Shown piece by piece: positions 10,964 through 21,170 of a DNA stretch of 64,000 bases. This DNA comes from Reclinomonas americana ATCC 50394 (Eukaryota). The position numbers and the translations under genes were made by a program. Position 1 is the first letter of the stretch. The number at the start of each line of letters is the position of its first letter. The notes below the pieces were generated by a model. That model was given only the letters and a program-made list of their open reading frames with translations, made no database searches and was not told where the DNA came from. The stretch covers positions 62,001 to 126,000 of the forward strand of contig PS015009.1 in assembly GCA_048213135.1 (NCBI GenBank). The letters are read 5' to 3'.

Positions 10964-12256
10964 GTGATGTACCAGGATTTACTCGACAAAAAGAAGAAAC
11001 TGGCCGTAATCGGCCTTGGTTATGTAGGATTGCCCATTGCCCTCGAGTTCGCGAAAAAGATACAAGTGATCGGTTTCGATATCAATGCCGGCCGTGTGGA
11101 AATGATGCGCAACAGGATCGACCCCAGCCAGGAACTGGAACCTGAGGCATTCGATAATTGCGATATTGAGTTCACCAATAACCTTGATGTGCTGAGGCAG
11201 GCCAATTTCTTTATTGTGGCTGTGCCCACACCGGTAGATGAGCATAATGTGCCTGATCTCACGCCTGTACAAAGGGCCAGTGAAACCATCGGCAAAGTGA
11301 TCAAGAAAGGAGATTACGTGGTGTTTGAAAGCACCGTATACCCCGGTTGTACAGAAGAAGACTGTGTTCCCATCATCGAACAACTGTCGGGCCTGAAAAT
11401 GGTAACCGATTATAAGATCGGCTATTCACCCGAGCGCATCAACCCGGGCGATAAAGAGCATACCATCAGCACCATCATAAAAGTGGTGAGCGGCTGCTGT
11501 GAAGAAAGCCTGGATACCATTGCCAAAGTATATGAACTGGTGGTAAAAGCCGGCGTGCACAAAGCCTCTTCCATAAAAGTAGCGGAAGCGGCCAAGATCA
11601 TCGAAAATACACAGCGTGATTTGAACATCGCCCTCATGAACGAGTTGTCCATCATTTTCAATAAAATGAACATCAATACTTACGAAGTACTGGAAGCCGC
11701 CGGCACCAAATGGAATTTCCTGCGCTTCCAGCCCGGTCTTGTAGGCGGCCACTGTATTGGTGTTGATCCTTATTACCTCACGTACAAAGCTAAAAAGCTG
11801 GGCTACAATTCACAGGTCATACTCGCCGGCAGGTTCATCAACGACGGCATGGCTGGTTATGTGGCCCGTAAAGTATTGCAGCACATCATCCGCAATACCG
11901 GCAATGTGAAAGAAGCCAAAGTGCTGGTGATGGGCGCCACTTTCAAAGAGAATGTGAGCGACATCCGCAACAGTAAAGTGGCAGATGTGGTGAAAGAACT
12001 GAAAGCTTTCTCACTGAATGTAGACATCACCGATCCTTATGCCGAAAGCGCTGAGCTGAAACATGAATACGGCTTCGAACTCACACCCGCGATCAGCAAC
12101 GATTACGATGCCGTGATCGTTACGGTACCGCATAATGAATATAAGAAAATGGACGATACCTATTTTGCATCCATCACCAAACCGCATGCTGTGATCGCCG
12201 ACCTGAAAGGTATTTACAGGAACACGATCAGCAGCAGGAGTTACTGGAGTTTATAA
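10964..12256 (+). CDS. UDP-N-acetylhexosamine 6-dehydrogenase (TviB/WbpO-like)
   Basis: GLGYVGLP, YSPERINPGD and PGLVGGHCIGVDPYY motifs. Confidence 0.9.
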   Translation: MMYQDLLDKKKKLAVIGLGYVGLPIALEFAKKIQVIGFDINAGRVEMMRNRIDPSQELEPEAFDNCDIEFTNNLDVLRQANFFIVAVPTPVDEHNVPDLTPVQRASETIGKVIKKGDYVVFESTVYPGCTEEDCVPIIEQLSGLKMVTDYKIGYSPERINPGDKEHTISTIIKVVSGCCEESLDTIAKVYELVVKAGVHKASSIKVAEAAKIIENTQRDLNIALMNELSIIFNKMNINTYEVLEAAGTKWNFLRFQPGLVGGHCIGVDPYYLTYKAKKLGYNSQVILAGRFINDGMAGYVARKVLQHIIRNTGNVKEAKVLVMGATFKENVSDIRNSKVADVVKELKAFSLNVDITDPYAESAELKHEYGFELTPAISNDYDAVIVTVPHNEYKKMDDTYFASITKPHAVIADLKGIYRNTISSRSYWSL

Positions 12257-12265
12257 GCCAACATC

Positions 12266-13249
12266 ATGAACGCATTTCATACCAAAGATATCAGCAGCAA
12301 CAGCTTCCTCATTACCGGGGGAGCTGGTTTCATTGGTGGCCATATCGCCGAATACCTGCTGAAGAATGGCGCTGCCAAAGTAAGGGTAGTCGATAACCTT
12401 GTCAATGGTTTTCACAGCAACCTGGGCATCTTACGGCAATATGCCGCTTTCGAATTTGTGGAAGGAGATATCCGCAACGCCGATACCTGCAGCAATGCCT
12501 GTGAGGGCATCGATTATGTCAGCCACCAGGCAGCCCTGGGTTCTGTACCCCGCAGTATAAAGGAACCGCTTTATTTTAATGAAGTGAATGTAGGCGGCTT
12601 TGCCAATATGCTGAAAGCCGCTGTTGACAGGCAGGTGAAACAATTTGTATACGCTTCTTCTTCTTCCGTATATGGCGATGAGCCTACCCTGCCTAAAAAA
12701 GAAGAACGTATTGGCAACTGTCTCTCTCCTTACGCGGCCACCAAAAAAACAAACGAACTGTACGCACAGGTATTTGCAGATGTGTACGGTTTGAAACTGA
12801 TGGGCTTCCGTTACTTCAATATTTTCGGACCGCGGCAGGATCCCGATGGCCCTTATGCGGCAGTGATACCCTTGTTTGTAAAGGGCATCATGAAAAGGAC
12901 GCCGGTATATATTAATGGCGACGGTGAACAAACCAGGGATTTTACTTTTGTCGACAATGCGGTGCAGATCAATATTAAAGGGATGCTCACCGATAACCCG
13001 GAAGCTTTCAAAAAAGTGTACAATGTAGCCGTAGGCGAACGCTTCACCGTAAACCAGTTGTACAAAGCCTGCCAGGAGCAACTGGGCAGCGATTTTGAGC
13101 CTACTTACCGTGAGCCGCGTGCCGGTGATATCCGCGATTCACTGGCCGATATTTCGCTGGCCCGTACACTGCTGGATTACCAGCCTACCAAAAAATTTGA
13201 AGACGGACTGAAAGAAACCATCAGTTATTTTCAGCAACTTTACGCCTGA
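12266..13249 (+). CDS. UDP-GlcNAc(A) 4-epimerase (WbpP/TviC-like SDR)
   Basis: HQAALGSVPRS, YAATK and RYFNIFGPRQDP motifs. Confidence 0.9.
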   Translation: MNAFHTKDISSNSFLITGGAGFIGGHIAEYLLKNGAAKVRVVDNLVNGFHSNLGILRQYAAFEFVEGDIRNADTCSNACEGIDYVSHQAALGSVPRSIKEPLYFNEVNVGGFANMLKAAVDRQVKQFVYASSSSVYGDEPTLPKKEERIGNCLSPYAATKKTNELYAQVFADVYGLKLMGFRYFNIFGPRQDPDGPYAAVIPLFVKGIMKRTPVYINGDGEQTRDFTFVDNAVQINIKGMLTDNPEAFKKVYNVAVGERFTVNQLYKACQEQLGSDFEPTYREPRAGDIRDSLADISLARTLLDYQPTKKFEDGLKETISYFQQLYA

Positions 13250-13266
13250 TCATACGACCTGAACAT

Positions 13267-13827
13267 ATGCCATTCCATACAACTGATATCCCCGGCCTGC
13301 TGGTATTTGAGCCTAAGGTGTTTGAAGATGAACGCGGCTATTTCTTTGAAAGCTACAATGAGCAGCTTTTTAGCGTGGAAGGTGTTTCTATGCGCTTCGT
13401 CCAGGATAACCAATCCTCTTCCGTTTACGGCGTTATAAGAGGTTTGCATTACCAGCTGGCGCCCTATGCACAAACCAAACTGGTAAGGGTGCTCAGCGGT
13501 TCTGTACTGGACGTAGCTGTTGATATCAGGAGAAATTCGCCCACCTATGGCAAAGTATTCAGCATTGAATTATCAGGAACCAATAAAAAACAACTGCTGA
13601 TCCCCAAAGGATTCGCCCATGGTTTTTCTGTGCTGAGCGAACAGGCGGAAGTGATGTATAAATGCGATGCTTTTTATAACAAGGCATCTGAAGCAGGTAT
13701 ACGCTACAATGATTCTTCACTTGCTATAGACTGGCAGGTGCCTGAAGCTGCGGCAATTGTTTCAGATAAAGACCAGCAGCTACCTTCCTTCAGCGATTGT
13801 CAAAATAATTTTGTCTTTGAAAACTGA
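13267..13827 (+). CDS. rfbC: dTDP-4-dehydrorhamnose 3,5-epimerase
   Basis: DERGYFFE, QDNQS, RGLHYQ and GFAHGF motifs. Confidence 0.95.
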   Translation: MPFHTTDIPGLLVFEPKVFEDERGYFFESYNEQLFSVEGVSMRFVQDNQSSSVYGVIRGLHYQLAPYAQTKLVRVLSGSVLDVAVDIRRNSPTYGKVFSIELSGTNKKQLLIPKGFAHGFSVLSEQAEVMYKCDAFYNKASEAGIRYNDSSLAIDWQVPEAAAIVSDKDQQLPSFSDCQNNFVFEN

Positions 13828-14683
13828 TCTTCCCGTCATATTGATAACAGGTGCCAACGGGCAGCTGGGCAGCGAATTCCGTGCATTGAGTGCCAGGTAT
13901 CCCGGGTATCATTTCCTCTTCACTTCCCGGGCAGAATTACCGGTAGAGGATGAAAGTGCCGTGGATGATTTTTTCTCAAAGCATAATATCGCCTGTTGTG
14001 TTAACTGTGCCGCCTACACTGCTGTAGACAGGGCCGAAACAGAACGGGAGCAAGCCTACCTGGTTAATGCCACTGCAGCCGGCAACCTGGCCAAAGCCTG
14101 CAACCGGCATCATGCCCGGCTCATCCATATTTCAACAGATTATGTTTTCGACGGAACTGCGAATACACCTTACCGTGAGGATACACCGGTAGACCCTGTT
14201 AATACCTACGGCGGTTCTAAATTGAAGGGGGAAGAACTGGTGATGCAGTATGATCCCTCAGCTACAATCATACGCACCTCCTGGGTCTATTCCACTTTCG
14301 GTAATAATTTTGTAAAAACGATGCTGAGGCTGATGAAAGAAAAAGAAGGCATTGGTGTCGTGAATGATCAGTCCGGTTGTCCAACCTACGCCGCCGACCT
14401 GGCAGAAGCCATCATGCAGATCATTCCGGCACATCCGCAGCCCGGTATTTATCACTATTGTAACCAGGGCGCCATCACCTGGTTCGATTTCGCTACTGCC
14501 ATACGTGATATCACCGGCAGTTCCTGCCGGGTAGACGCCATTACCACTGCCGATTATGTAACGCCGGCCAAAAGGCCCGTCTATTCTGTACTGGACACCA
14601 AAAAAATCGGGGACGTGTTTGGTATCACGCCCCCGCAATGGAGAACCAGTCTGGAGAAATGCCTTCGCCTCCTGGGTTACTGA
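13817..14683 (+). CDS. rfbD: dTDP-4-dehydrorhamnose reductase
   Basis: TGANGQLG, AAYTAVD, ISTDYVFDG and YGGSK motifs; probable TTG start at 13817. Confidence 0.93.
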   Translation: MKTDLPVILITGANGQLGSEFRALSARYPGYHFLFTSRAELPVEDESAVDDFFSKHNIACCVNCAAYTAVDRAETEREQAYLVNATAAGNLAKACNRHHARLIHISTDYVFDGTANTPYREDTPVDPVNTYGGSKLKGEELVMQYDPSATIIRTSWVYSTFGNNFVKTMLRLMKEKEGIGVVNDQSGCPTYAADLAEAIMQIIPAHPQPGIYHYCNQGAITWFDFATAIRDITGSSCRVDAITTADYVTPAKRPVYSVLDTKKIGDVFGITPPQWRTSLEKCLRLLGY

Positions 14684-15792
14684 TTGATGTCTTTCCCGGT
14701 TTCCAGTGTTTTGATAAATCCTTCCACCGCGTCTTTATTGGGTTTATCAGGGGCCTGTGGCAATGCTGCTTTCGCATATTTCAATGCATTCTTAAAATCC
14801 CCGTTGGCAGAGTAACCTCTCATCAGGCCCATATTGGTGGTGAAAATGTTCGGGTTTTTCTGTCCGTTCATTTTAAATACCTCCAGCGCTTCCGCCGGTT
14901 TCTTTTCCCTGAGCAGGCGACGGCCGTAATTGTGGAGTTCCTGCATGGTGGCCAGGGGCAGGGCGTCTTTCATCAGCTGCTCTGCTTCAGCATTCCTGCC
15001 CAGTTTGGCAAGCACATTGGCTTTGGTGCTTAATGTCCTGAAATTTTTCTGCCCAACAAAAACGGCGTTGATGGCATAATCACTCCATTGCAGCGCCTCA
15101 TCGAGATTGGTATTGCGCTGCAGGCAGAAATCAACGGCTTCCAGCCAGGCTTCCCAGCGAAAACCCTTATCTGTACGCAGTTCCCTGCGGAATGATTCCA
15201 GTTGTGTTTTTTCATAATCCACCTGTACTTTAAAAGGTATACGCAGTTTTTCCCACAGCAGGTTAACCGTTGCGCTGTTATCCGTCTGATCCATGAACTC
15301 GAATTTGAGCCGCTCTGTTGAAACAGGCTGCGGGATCGTTTTTACATCCACGCGTAACGCATCTTCTTCCGGTTTGTAAAAGAAGGATCCCCATGAAGTA
15401 GAATTATTACTGAAGATGACAGTGGCTCCTCCCTCGCTCATGGCCATGAACAGGGCATAAGTACCCGCAGCCAGTGGTTTGCCTTCCACAGTTACGTCTG
15501 TTGAAAAACTGATGGTGGTATTTTCGTTGGCGCCCGCTCTCCAGGGAGCGGCTTTACTGGTGCCGAAGCCTTCATCATTGAACCCGTACTGAACCAGTTG
15601 CCCCCATATTTTACCTTCTCTTCCTTTAACGGCCGGGCGGTCATAATGAATGGTAACATCAGTGATGCCGATGCGTTCGGATACGGATGCTTTTTTATTG
15701 CCCCCGTCGGGTGGTGTGATTAATCCTTGTGCATGGGCAGCGCAATACAGCGCAATGGCCACAATAAGGGCCGTAATTTTTTTGGTGATCAT
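14677..15792 (-). CDS. DUF2911 domain protein with C-terminal TPR-like helices
   Basis: Signal peptide, Y-x-RPAVKGR...WRAGANENT motif, helical C-terminus. Confidence 0.8.
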   Translation of the reverse strand: MITKKITALIVAIALYCAAHAQGLITPPDGGNKKASVSERIGITDVTIHYDRPAVKGREGKIWGQLVQYGFNDEGFGTSKAAPWRAGANENTTISFSTDVTVEGKPLAAGTYALFMAMSEGGATVIFSNNSTSWGSFFYKPEEDALRVDVKTIPQPVSTERLKFEFMDQTDNSATVNLLWEKLRIPFKVQVDYEKTQLESFRRELRTDKGFRWEAWLEAVDFCLQRNTNLDEALQWSDYAINAVFVGQKNFRTLSTKANVLAKLGRNAEAEQLMKDALPLATMQELHNYGRRLLREKKPAEALEVFKMNGQKNPNIFTTNMGLMRGYSANGDFKNALKYAKAALPQAPDKPNKDAVEGFIKTLETGKDINQ

Positions 15793-15944
15793 GGCGGTAG
15801 TTTTAGTTTTTAAAATTAGAAAAGTAATGCAGGTATAACTTGGTAAGAAGGATGAGCGGCAGGGCGCTTTTACATAAGCTGTTGTGTACGGAAAGAGTTG
15901 GCGGTTATTTACAGCGGAGGGGTGTTATGTGCGGGATACGGCTT

Positions 15945-16021
15945 ACCAGCGTTCCGACGGGGTCTTCGTGCAAACAAGACCCGATGATTGGCAACCGTTG
16001 TTAAAGATGCGGGAAACGGAT
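15945..16021 (+). repeat. Degenerate copy of the ~120-bp dispersed repeat
   Basis: CGTTCCGACGGG-TCTTCGTGCAAACAAGACCC...GTTGTTAAAGATGCGGGAAACGGAT aligns to the units at 50560-50900. Confidence 0.7.
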
Positions 16022-16080
16022 CATAAAAAAAGCCCGGCAGCAGTGCGCCACCGGACTTTGTCTATCTACTGATAAAAAAA

Positions 16081-17418
16081 CTATTGCATCTGGAAGGTCT
16101 CCAGGAACTTGGTCGTAAAGTTGCCTTTCCTGAAATCCTCGTTGCGCATGAGTTGCTGGTGGAAAGGAATAGTGGTCTTCACCCCTTCAATCACGTATTC
16201 GCTGAGGGCACGGCTCATGGTATTGATGGCCTCTTCGCGGGTTTGCGCCACAGCGATCAGCTTGGCGATCATACTGTCGTAATAAGGAGGTATTACATAG
16301 CCGGCATATACGTGGCTGTCTACCCTTACTCCATGTCCGCCCGGCTGGTGCAGTACGGTGATCTTACCCGGTGATGGGCGGAAATCATTATACGGGTCTT
16401 CCGCGTTGATGCGGCATTCGATCGCGTGCATTACCGGGTAATAGGATTTGCCGGTAATACGTTCGCCCATGGCTATCTTGATCTGTTCTTTGATAAGATC
16501 GTAGTTGATCACTTCTTCCGTTACACAGTGTTCCACCTGTATACGGGTATTCATTTCCATGAAATAGAAGTTGCGGTGTTTATCTACCAGGAACTCGATC
16601 GTTCCCACACTTTCATAATTAATGGCTTCCGCCGCTTTAATGGCCGCGTTACCCATAGCTTCGCGTAATTCCGGCGTCATGAAAGGAGAAGGCGATTCTT
16701 CCACCAGTTTCTGGTGACGGCGCTGGATAGAGCAATCCCTTTCGCTCAGGTGGCAGACATTACCGTACTGGTCGCCGGCGATCTGTATTTCGATGTGGCG
16801 TGGTTCTTCCACAAATTTTTCCATATAGATACCGTCGTTCTTGAAAGAAGCGGCGGCTTCTGCCTTGGCATTATCATAATTCCTCTCCAGTTCACTTTCT
16901 TCCCAAACCACACGCATACCTTTTCCGCCGCCACCGGCAGTTGCTTTAAGGATAACGGGGTAACCAATCTGTTGTGCTGAACGTTTGGCATGCTCAACGC
17001 TTTCCAGCAATCCTTCCACACCGGGCACCACAGGCACGCCGGCTTTGATCATGGTTTCCTTGGCGGTTACTTTATCACCCATGGAATTGATCATATCGGG
17101 TGTGGGGCCGATGAATTTGATACCGTGGTCGGCACATATTTTGGCGAATTTGGCATTTTCCGCAAGGAAGCCGTAACCGGGGTGTATGGCATCGGCATTG
17201 GTGATCTCGGCTGCCGCCATAATGTTGACTACATTAAGGTAGCTGTCGGCACTGGCGGGTTTACCGATACAAACGGCTTCATCCGCGAATTTCACATGCA
17301 GGCTGTCTTTATCGGCGGTAGAATATACAGCGACCGTTTTGATACCCATTTCACGACAGGTGCGTATAACACGAAGGGCGATTTCTCCACGGTTAGCAAT
17401 CAGTATTTTGTTGAACAC
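16081..17418 (-). CDS. accC: Acetyl-CoA carboxylase biotin carboxylase subunit
   Basis: [28 protein letters not shown] and [11 protein letters not shown] motifs. Confidence 0.97.
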   Translation of the reverse strand: MFNKILIANRGEIALRVIRTCREMGIKTVAVYSTADKDSLHVKFADEAVCIGKPASADSYLNVVNIMAAAEITNADAIHPGYGFLAENAKFAKICADHGIKFIGPTPDMINSMGDKVTAKETMIKAGVPVVPGVEGLLESVEHAKRSAQQIGYPVILKATAGGGGKGMRVVWEESELERNYDNAKAEAAASFKNDGIYMEKFVEEPRHIEIQIAGDQYGNVCHLSERDCSIQRRHQKLVEESPSPFMTPELREAMGNAAIKAAEAINYESVGTIEFLVDKHRNFYFMEMNTRIQVEHCVTEEVINYDLIKEQIKIAMGERITGKSYYPVMHAIECRINAEDPYNDFRPSPGKITVLHQPGGHGVRVDSHVYAGYVIPPYYDSMIAKLIAVAQTREEAINTMSRALSEYVIEGVKTTIPFHQQLMRNEDFRKGNFTTKFLETFQMQ

Positions 17419-17505
17419 GATAATTTGAATTAAAAATTAAAAATTAAAAATTAAAAATTCAACCGGGCAGGCGCCCCTTTTTACTTTTGAATTTTTAATT
17501 TTTAT

Positions 17506-17991
17506 TTAGGAAGGATCTACTAAGAATAACGGCTGATCATACTCCACCGGGCTGGCGTCGTCTATCAGCACTTTCACGATCTTGCCTTTTACTTCACTTT
17601 CTATTTCATTGAACAGCTTCATGGCCTCAATGATACATACCACTTTACCGGGTGTAACTTCATCGCCCACGTTTACAAAAAGCGGTTTGCCGGGGCCTGC
17701 CTGGCGGTAAAAAGTACCGATCATCGGGCTTTTAATGGTGATGAGGTTGTCCGCTTTGGGCTCTTCCGCTTTGGCAGCGGGCGGAGGTGTTGCGGCCGCA
17801 GGGGCCTGCTGTGCTGCGGGGGCAGCCTGGTAAACCGGGGCTGCGGCTCCGGGCGCTGCGGCAACTATATGCTGTACGGGGTCTTTCTTCTGCTTAACTG
17901 TAATCTTGATACCTTCTTCTTCAATAGTGATTTCGCCAATATTCGTTTTGTTGATGAGTTTTACCAACTCCTGGATTTGCTTGATGTCCAT
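17506..17991 (-). CDS. accB: Acetyl-CoA carboxylase biotin carboxyl carrier protein
   Basis: SPMIGTFY, EAMKLFN biotinylation site, Ala/Pro linker. Confidence 0.96.
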   Translation of the reverse strand: MDIKQIQELVKLINKTNIGEITIEEEGIKITVKQKKDPVQHIVAAAPGAAAPVYQAAPAAQQAPAAATPPPAAKAEEPKADNLITIKSPMIGTFYRQAGPGKPLFVNVGDEVTPGKVVCIIEAMKLFNEIESEVKGKIVKVLIDDASPVEYDQPLFLVDPS

Positions 17992-18234
17992 GGTTAATAG
18001 TTAAGTTGTTTAGATGAATCGGGAAACGGGCTGCTAAGATAAGATTTACTTACCCAAACTACCAAGCAATACATCTGAAAAAAGCAAAAAATCGACCATT
18101 TTTGCCCAAAAAACGACTAAAACAGGGTTAAAAATGGCAAAAAATAGTAAAATCCGAAGGAAATGAAAAATGGGTAATGAACTTATTCCATTACCCATTT
18201 TTCTATGTTATTCCCGGTCATGGCCGGTAAAAAA

Positions 18235-18801
18235 TCAGGCTTTCACCCTTTCCACATATTCACCGGTTTTGGTGTTGATACGGATCAGTTCACCTTCATC
18301 CACAAAAAGCGGAACGTTTACAGTGGCGCCAGTCTCTACTGTAGCGGGTTTCAGCGTTTTGGTAGCGGTATCGCCCCTCATGCCGGGTTCGCTGTAGGTT
18401 ACCAGCAATACAATCTTATCGGGCAGCTCCACACCCATCGGCAGTTCGGTTTCGCCATTGATCAGTACGGATACTTCCTGTCCTTCTTTCAGGAATTTAG
18501 GCGCATCCACCATATTTTCAGCTACTGTGATCTGTTCAAAAGTTTCATTATCCATAAAACTGTAACCGGTATCATCTTTATACAGGTACTGGAAGGTTTT
18601 CTTCTCCACCCTTACCGGGTAAATGGTTTCGCCGCTGTTCCAGGTAACCTCAATGGTACGGGAGTTGTCCACACCTTTCAGTTTGGCCCACACTTTCGCT
18701 GCGGCACGGGCGGTTTTGTTCTGTCCGAATTCGATTACGGTATACAGGCTGCCATCCACTTTGATGATGAGCCCGGAACGCATATCTGCTGTAGTTGCCA
18801 T
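18235..18801 (-). CDS. efp: Elongation factor P
   Basis: PGMRGDT, KPATVETG and VPLFV motifs; efp-accB-accC context; atypical loop KTARAAA. Confidence 0.93.
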   Translation of the reverse strand: MATTADMRSGLIIKVDGSLYTVIEFGQNKTARAAAKVWAKLKGVDNSRTIEVTWNSGETIYPVRVEKKTFQYLYKDDTGYSFMDNETFEQITVAENMVDAPKFLKEGQEVSVLINGETELPMGVELPDKIVLLVTYSEPGMRGDTATKTLKPATVETGATVNVPLFVDEGELIRINTKTGEYVERVKA

Positions 18802-18825
18802 TGTAATGATTTTTTAAAGTGGTTG

Positions 18826-18833
18826 CAAAAGTA
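18826..18833 (-). promoter_or_regulatory. Sigma-A -7 box for efp
   Basis: TACTTTTG on the minus strand, about 25 nt upstream of the start. Confidence 0.6.
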
Positions 18834-18956
18834 GGTCAAATTTCCGGTTTTACACCAGCGGAGAGGCTTGTGGAAAAAGTTTTATTGCAGGCGGACAGGC
18901 CCCTCTGATGGCCTTAACATCCTGTTATGATGCAAAAAAATTAGCTTTGAAAAAAA

Positions 18957-19475
18957 TTGATCTTGAAAAAACTGTCCGCTCTCATCATATTACTGGTTTT
19001 GGCACAACTGTCATGGGCTCAGCAGGATACGAGCCTGCTTTACCTGCGGTTCCCCTTTGTTCCTTCGTTCAAACTGACCAAAATATCGGACAGTACCTAT
19101 TTTACCAAGAACGACCTGAAAAAGAACAAGCCAACCATCATCATGATCTTCAGCCCCGATTGTGAGCACTGCCAGGAGGAGACCAAAGCGCTGACAGCGA
19201 ATATTCAACTCTTCAAAAAAGCGCAGATCGTGATGTCCTCACCACTTGAATACAGTTACCTGCGGAAGTTTTATGATGAATATGGTATTGCCGGTTACCC
19301 GCAGATCACCATGGGCCGCGATCCTACTTATTTTCTGGGCACCTTTTATAAAGTGCGGTCTTTCCCCGCCATTTTTGTTTACGATAAAAAAGGTAACCTC
19401 ATCACTTCCTTCACCGGCAGTGTTCCTGTGCAGCAGGTAGCCGAGGCGATGAGCATGCCATCCCCATACAAATAA
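18957..19475 (+). CDS. Exported thioredoxin-like (TlpA/redoxin) protein
   Basis: Signal peptide, FSPDCEHC motif, cis-Pro-like SFPA. Confidence 0.8.
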   Translation: MILKKLSALIILLVLAQLSWAQQDTSLLYLRFPFVPSFKLTKISDSTYFTKNDLKKNKPTIIMIFSPDCEHCQEETKALTANIQLFKKAQIVMSSPLEYSYLRKFYDEYGIAGYPQITMGRDPTYFLGTFYKVRSFPAIFVYDKKGNLITSFTGSVPVQQVAEAMSMPSPYK

Positions 19476-20005
19476 TGAAAGTTTTACTATTCAGCCTCTG
19501 CATCCTTTTCTGTGCTCCGCTCTGCAGGGCACAGCAGTACGATACCACGCCTCCTTACTTAAGGACCAGGCAGTTACCGGCATTCACCCTGTACAATACA
19601 GATTCTGTGGCATTCCATGAATTGGTGCTGGAAAAAGGCAAGCCCACCATTATCATGCTGTTTAACCCCGAATGCGGTCATTGCAAGGAACAACTGGAGC
19701 TGCTGCTGAAGATCCCGGAAGTGACACAATCTGCCCGGCTGGTGATGGCCACTACCGAAACCCTGGCGAAGATCAGGGCGTTCAGTGAACAGTATGGCTT
19801 GTCGAAATATCCCGGCATCTATATAGGTAAAGACCGTACTTCGTTTTTTGGAGGGTATTTCAAGCCGCGGACCATACCGGTACTGGCTTTTTACGACCGC
19901 AACGGCAGGTTCGTTGTGTTGCACCAGGGCAATGTGAAGAAGAAGCAGGTGCTCGAAGCATTGGGGAAACAGATGCCAGGTACAGGATACCGGATGCAAG
20001 ATTAA
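19475..20005 (+). CDS. Exported thioredoxin-like (TlpA/redoxin) protein, paralog
   Basis: Signal peptide, FNPECGHC motif, TIPV; TAATG stop/start overlap with the previous gene. Confidence 0.8.
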   Translation: MKVLLFSLCILFCAPLCRAQQYDTTPPYLRTRQLPAFTLYNTDSVAFHELVLEKGKPTIIMLFNPECGHCKEQLELLLKIPEVTQSARLVMATTETLAKIRAFSEQYGLSKYPGIYIGKDRTSFFGGYFKPRTIPVLAFYDRNGRFVVLHQGNVKKKQVLEALGKQMPGTGYRMQD

Positions 20006-20073
20006 TGACCCGGTATCTGGCACCTTCAGCCTGCTATTCATAATTAGTAATTCGTAATTAGTAATTGATCAAT

Positions 20074-20081
20074 TACCTTTG
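20074..20081 (+). promoter_or_regulatory. Sigma-A -7 box for mdh
   Basis: TACCTTTG upstream of the ATG at 20120. Confidence 0.65.
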
Positions 20082-20119
20082 CCCCGCAAATCAATTTTCC
20101 ATTCTAAATATTTTTTTCA

Positions 20120-21055
20120 ATGAAAGTAACTGTAGTTGGAGCCGGTGCCGTTGGAGCTACCTGCGCCGATAATATTGCCCGTAAAGAATTATGCGACGAA
20201 CTGGTATTACTCGATATCAAGGAAGGTGTTGCGGAAGGAAAGGCCATTGATATGATGCAAACCGCTACCCTGCTGGGCTTCGATACCCGTATCACCGGTT
20301 GCACCAACGATTATTCCAAAACTGCGGGCACCGACGTGGCAGTGATCACTTCCGGCATTCCCCGTAAACCGGGTATGACCAGGGAAGAACTGATCGGCAT
20401 CAATGCAGGCATCGTTAAAACAGTTACCAAAAATATACTGGAACATTCTCCCAACGCCATCATCATTGTGATCAGCAACCCGATGGACACCATGACCTAC
20501 CTGGCGCTGAAATCAAGCGGCCTGCCCAAGAACCGCATCATTGGCATGGGTGGTATTCTCGACAGCAGCCGTTTTAAATATTATCTCTCTACCGCTATCG
20601 GTTGCCCCGCCAGCGATCTGCAGGGATTCGTGATCGGCGGACACGGCGACACCACCATGATCCCCCTCACCCGCCTGGCCACTTACCAGGGTGTTCCGGC
20701 CAGCCAGTACCTCGATGCTGAAGCGCTGAAAAAAGTAGCTGCCGACACGATGGTGGGTGGTGCTACCCTTACCGGCCTGCTTGGCACCAGTGCCTGGTAC
20801 GCACCCGGTGCTGCGGGAGCCGCACTGGTGGAAGCCATTGTAAGGGATGAGAAAAAACTGTTTACCTGCTGCGTAAGCCTGGAAGGCGAATATGGCCAGA
20901 ACGACATCTGCATTGGCGTTCCCGTGATCATCGGCCGCGGCGGCTGGGAAAAAATTGTGGATTACAAACTGAATGAAGAAGAACAGGCAGCCTTTGCAAA
21001 AAGCGCTGACGCTGTGCGCAATATGAACCAGGTATTAAGCACCCTGGACGTATAA
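20120..21055 (+). CDS. mdh: Malate dehydrogenase (LDH-like)
   Basis: GAGAVG, GIPRKPGMTREEL, SNPMD and GGHGD motifs. Confidence 0.95.
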   Translation: MKVTVVGAGAVGATCADNIARKELCDELVLLDIKEGVAEGKAIDMMQTATLLGFDTRITGCTNDYSKTAGTDVAVITSGIPRKPGMTREELIGINAGIVKTVTKNILEHSPNAIIIVISNPMDTMTYLALKSSGLPKNRIIGMGGILDSSRFKYYLSTAIGCPASDLQGFVIGGHGDTTMIPLTRLATYQGVPASQYLDAEALKKVAADTMVGGATLTGLLGTSAWYAPGAAGAALVEAIVRDEKKLFTCCVSLEGEYGQNDICIGVPVIIGRGGWEKIVDYKLNEEEQAAFAKSADAVRNMNQVLSTLDV

Positions 21056-21076
21056 GATCTTGCTCAAAGCAGTACA

Positions 21077-21104
21077 GGGCCGGGTTGATAACCCGGCCTT
21101 TTTA
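21077..21104 (+). terminator. Rho-independent terminator
   Basis: GGCCGGGT-TGATA-ACCCGGCC followed by a T-tract. Confidence 0.85.
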
Positions 21105-21170
21105 TTTGCCTTTTTTTGGGTCAGGCAGCATTTTGCTTTTTTTTGTATCTTTCATCTCAACTGCTCTAAG

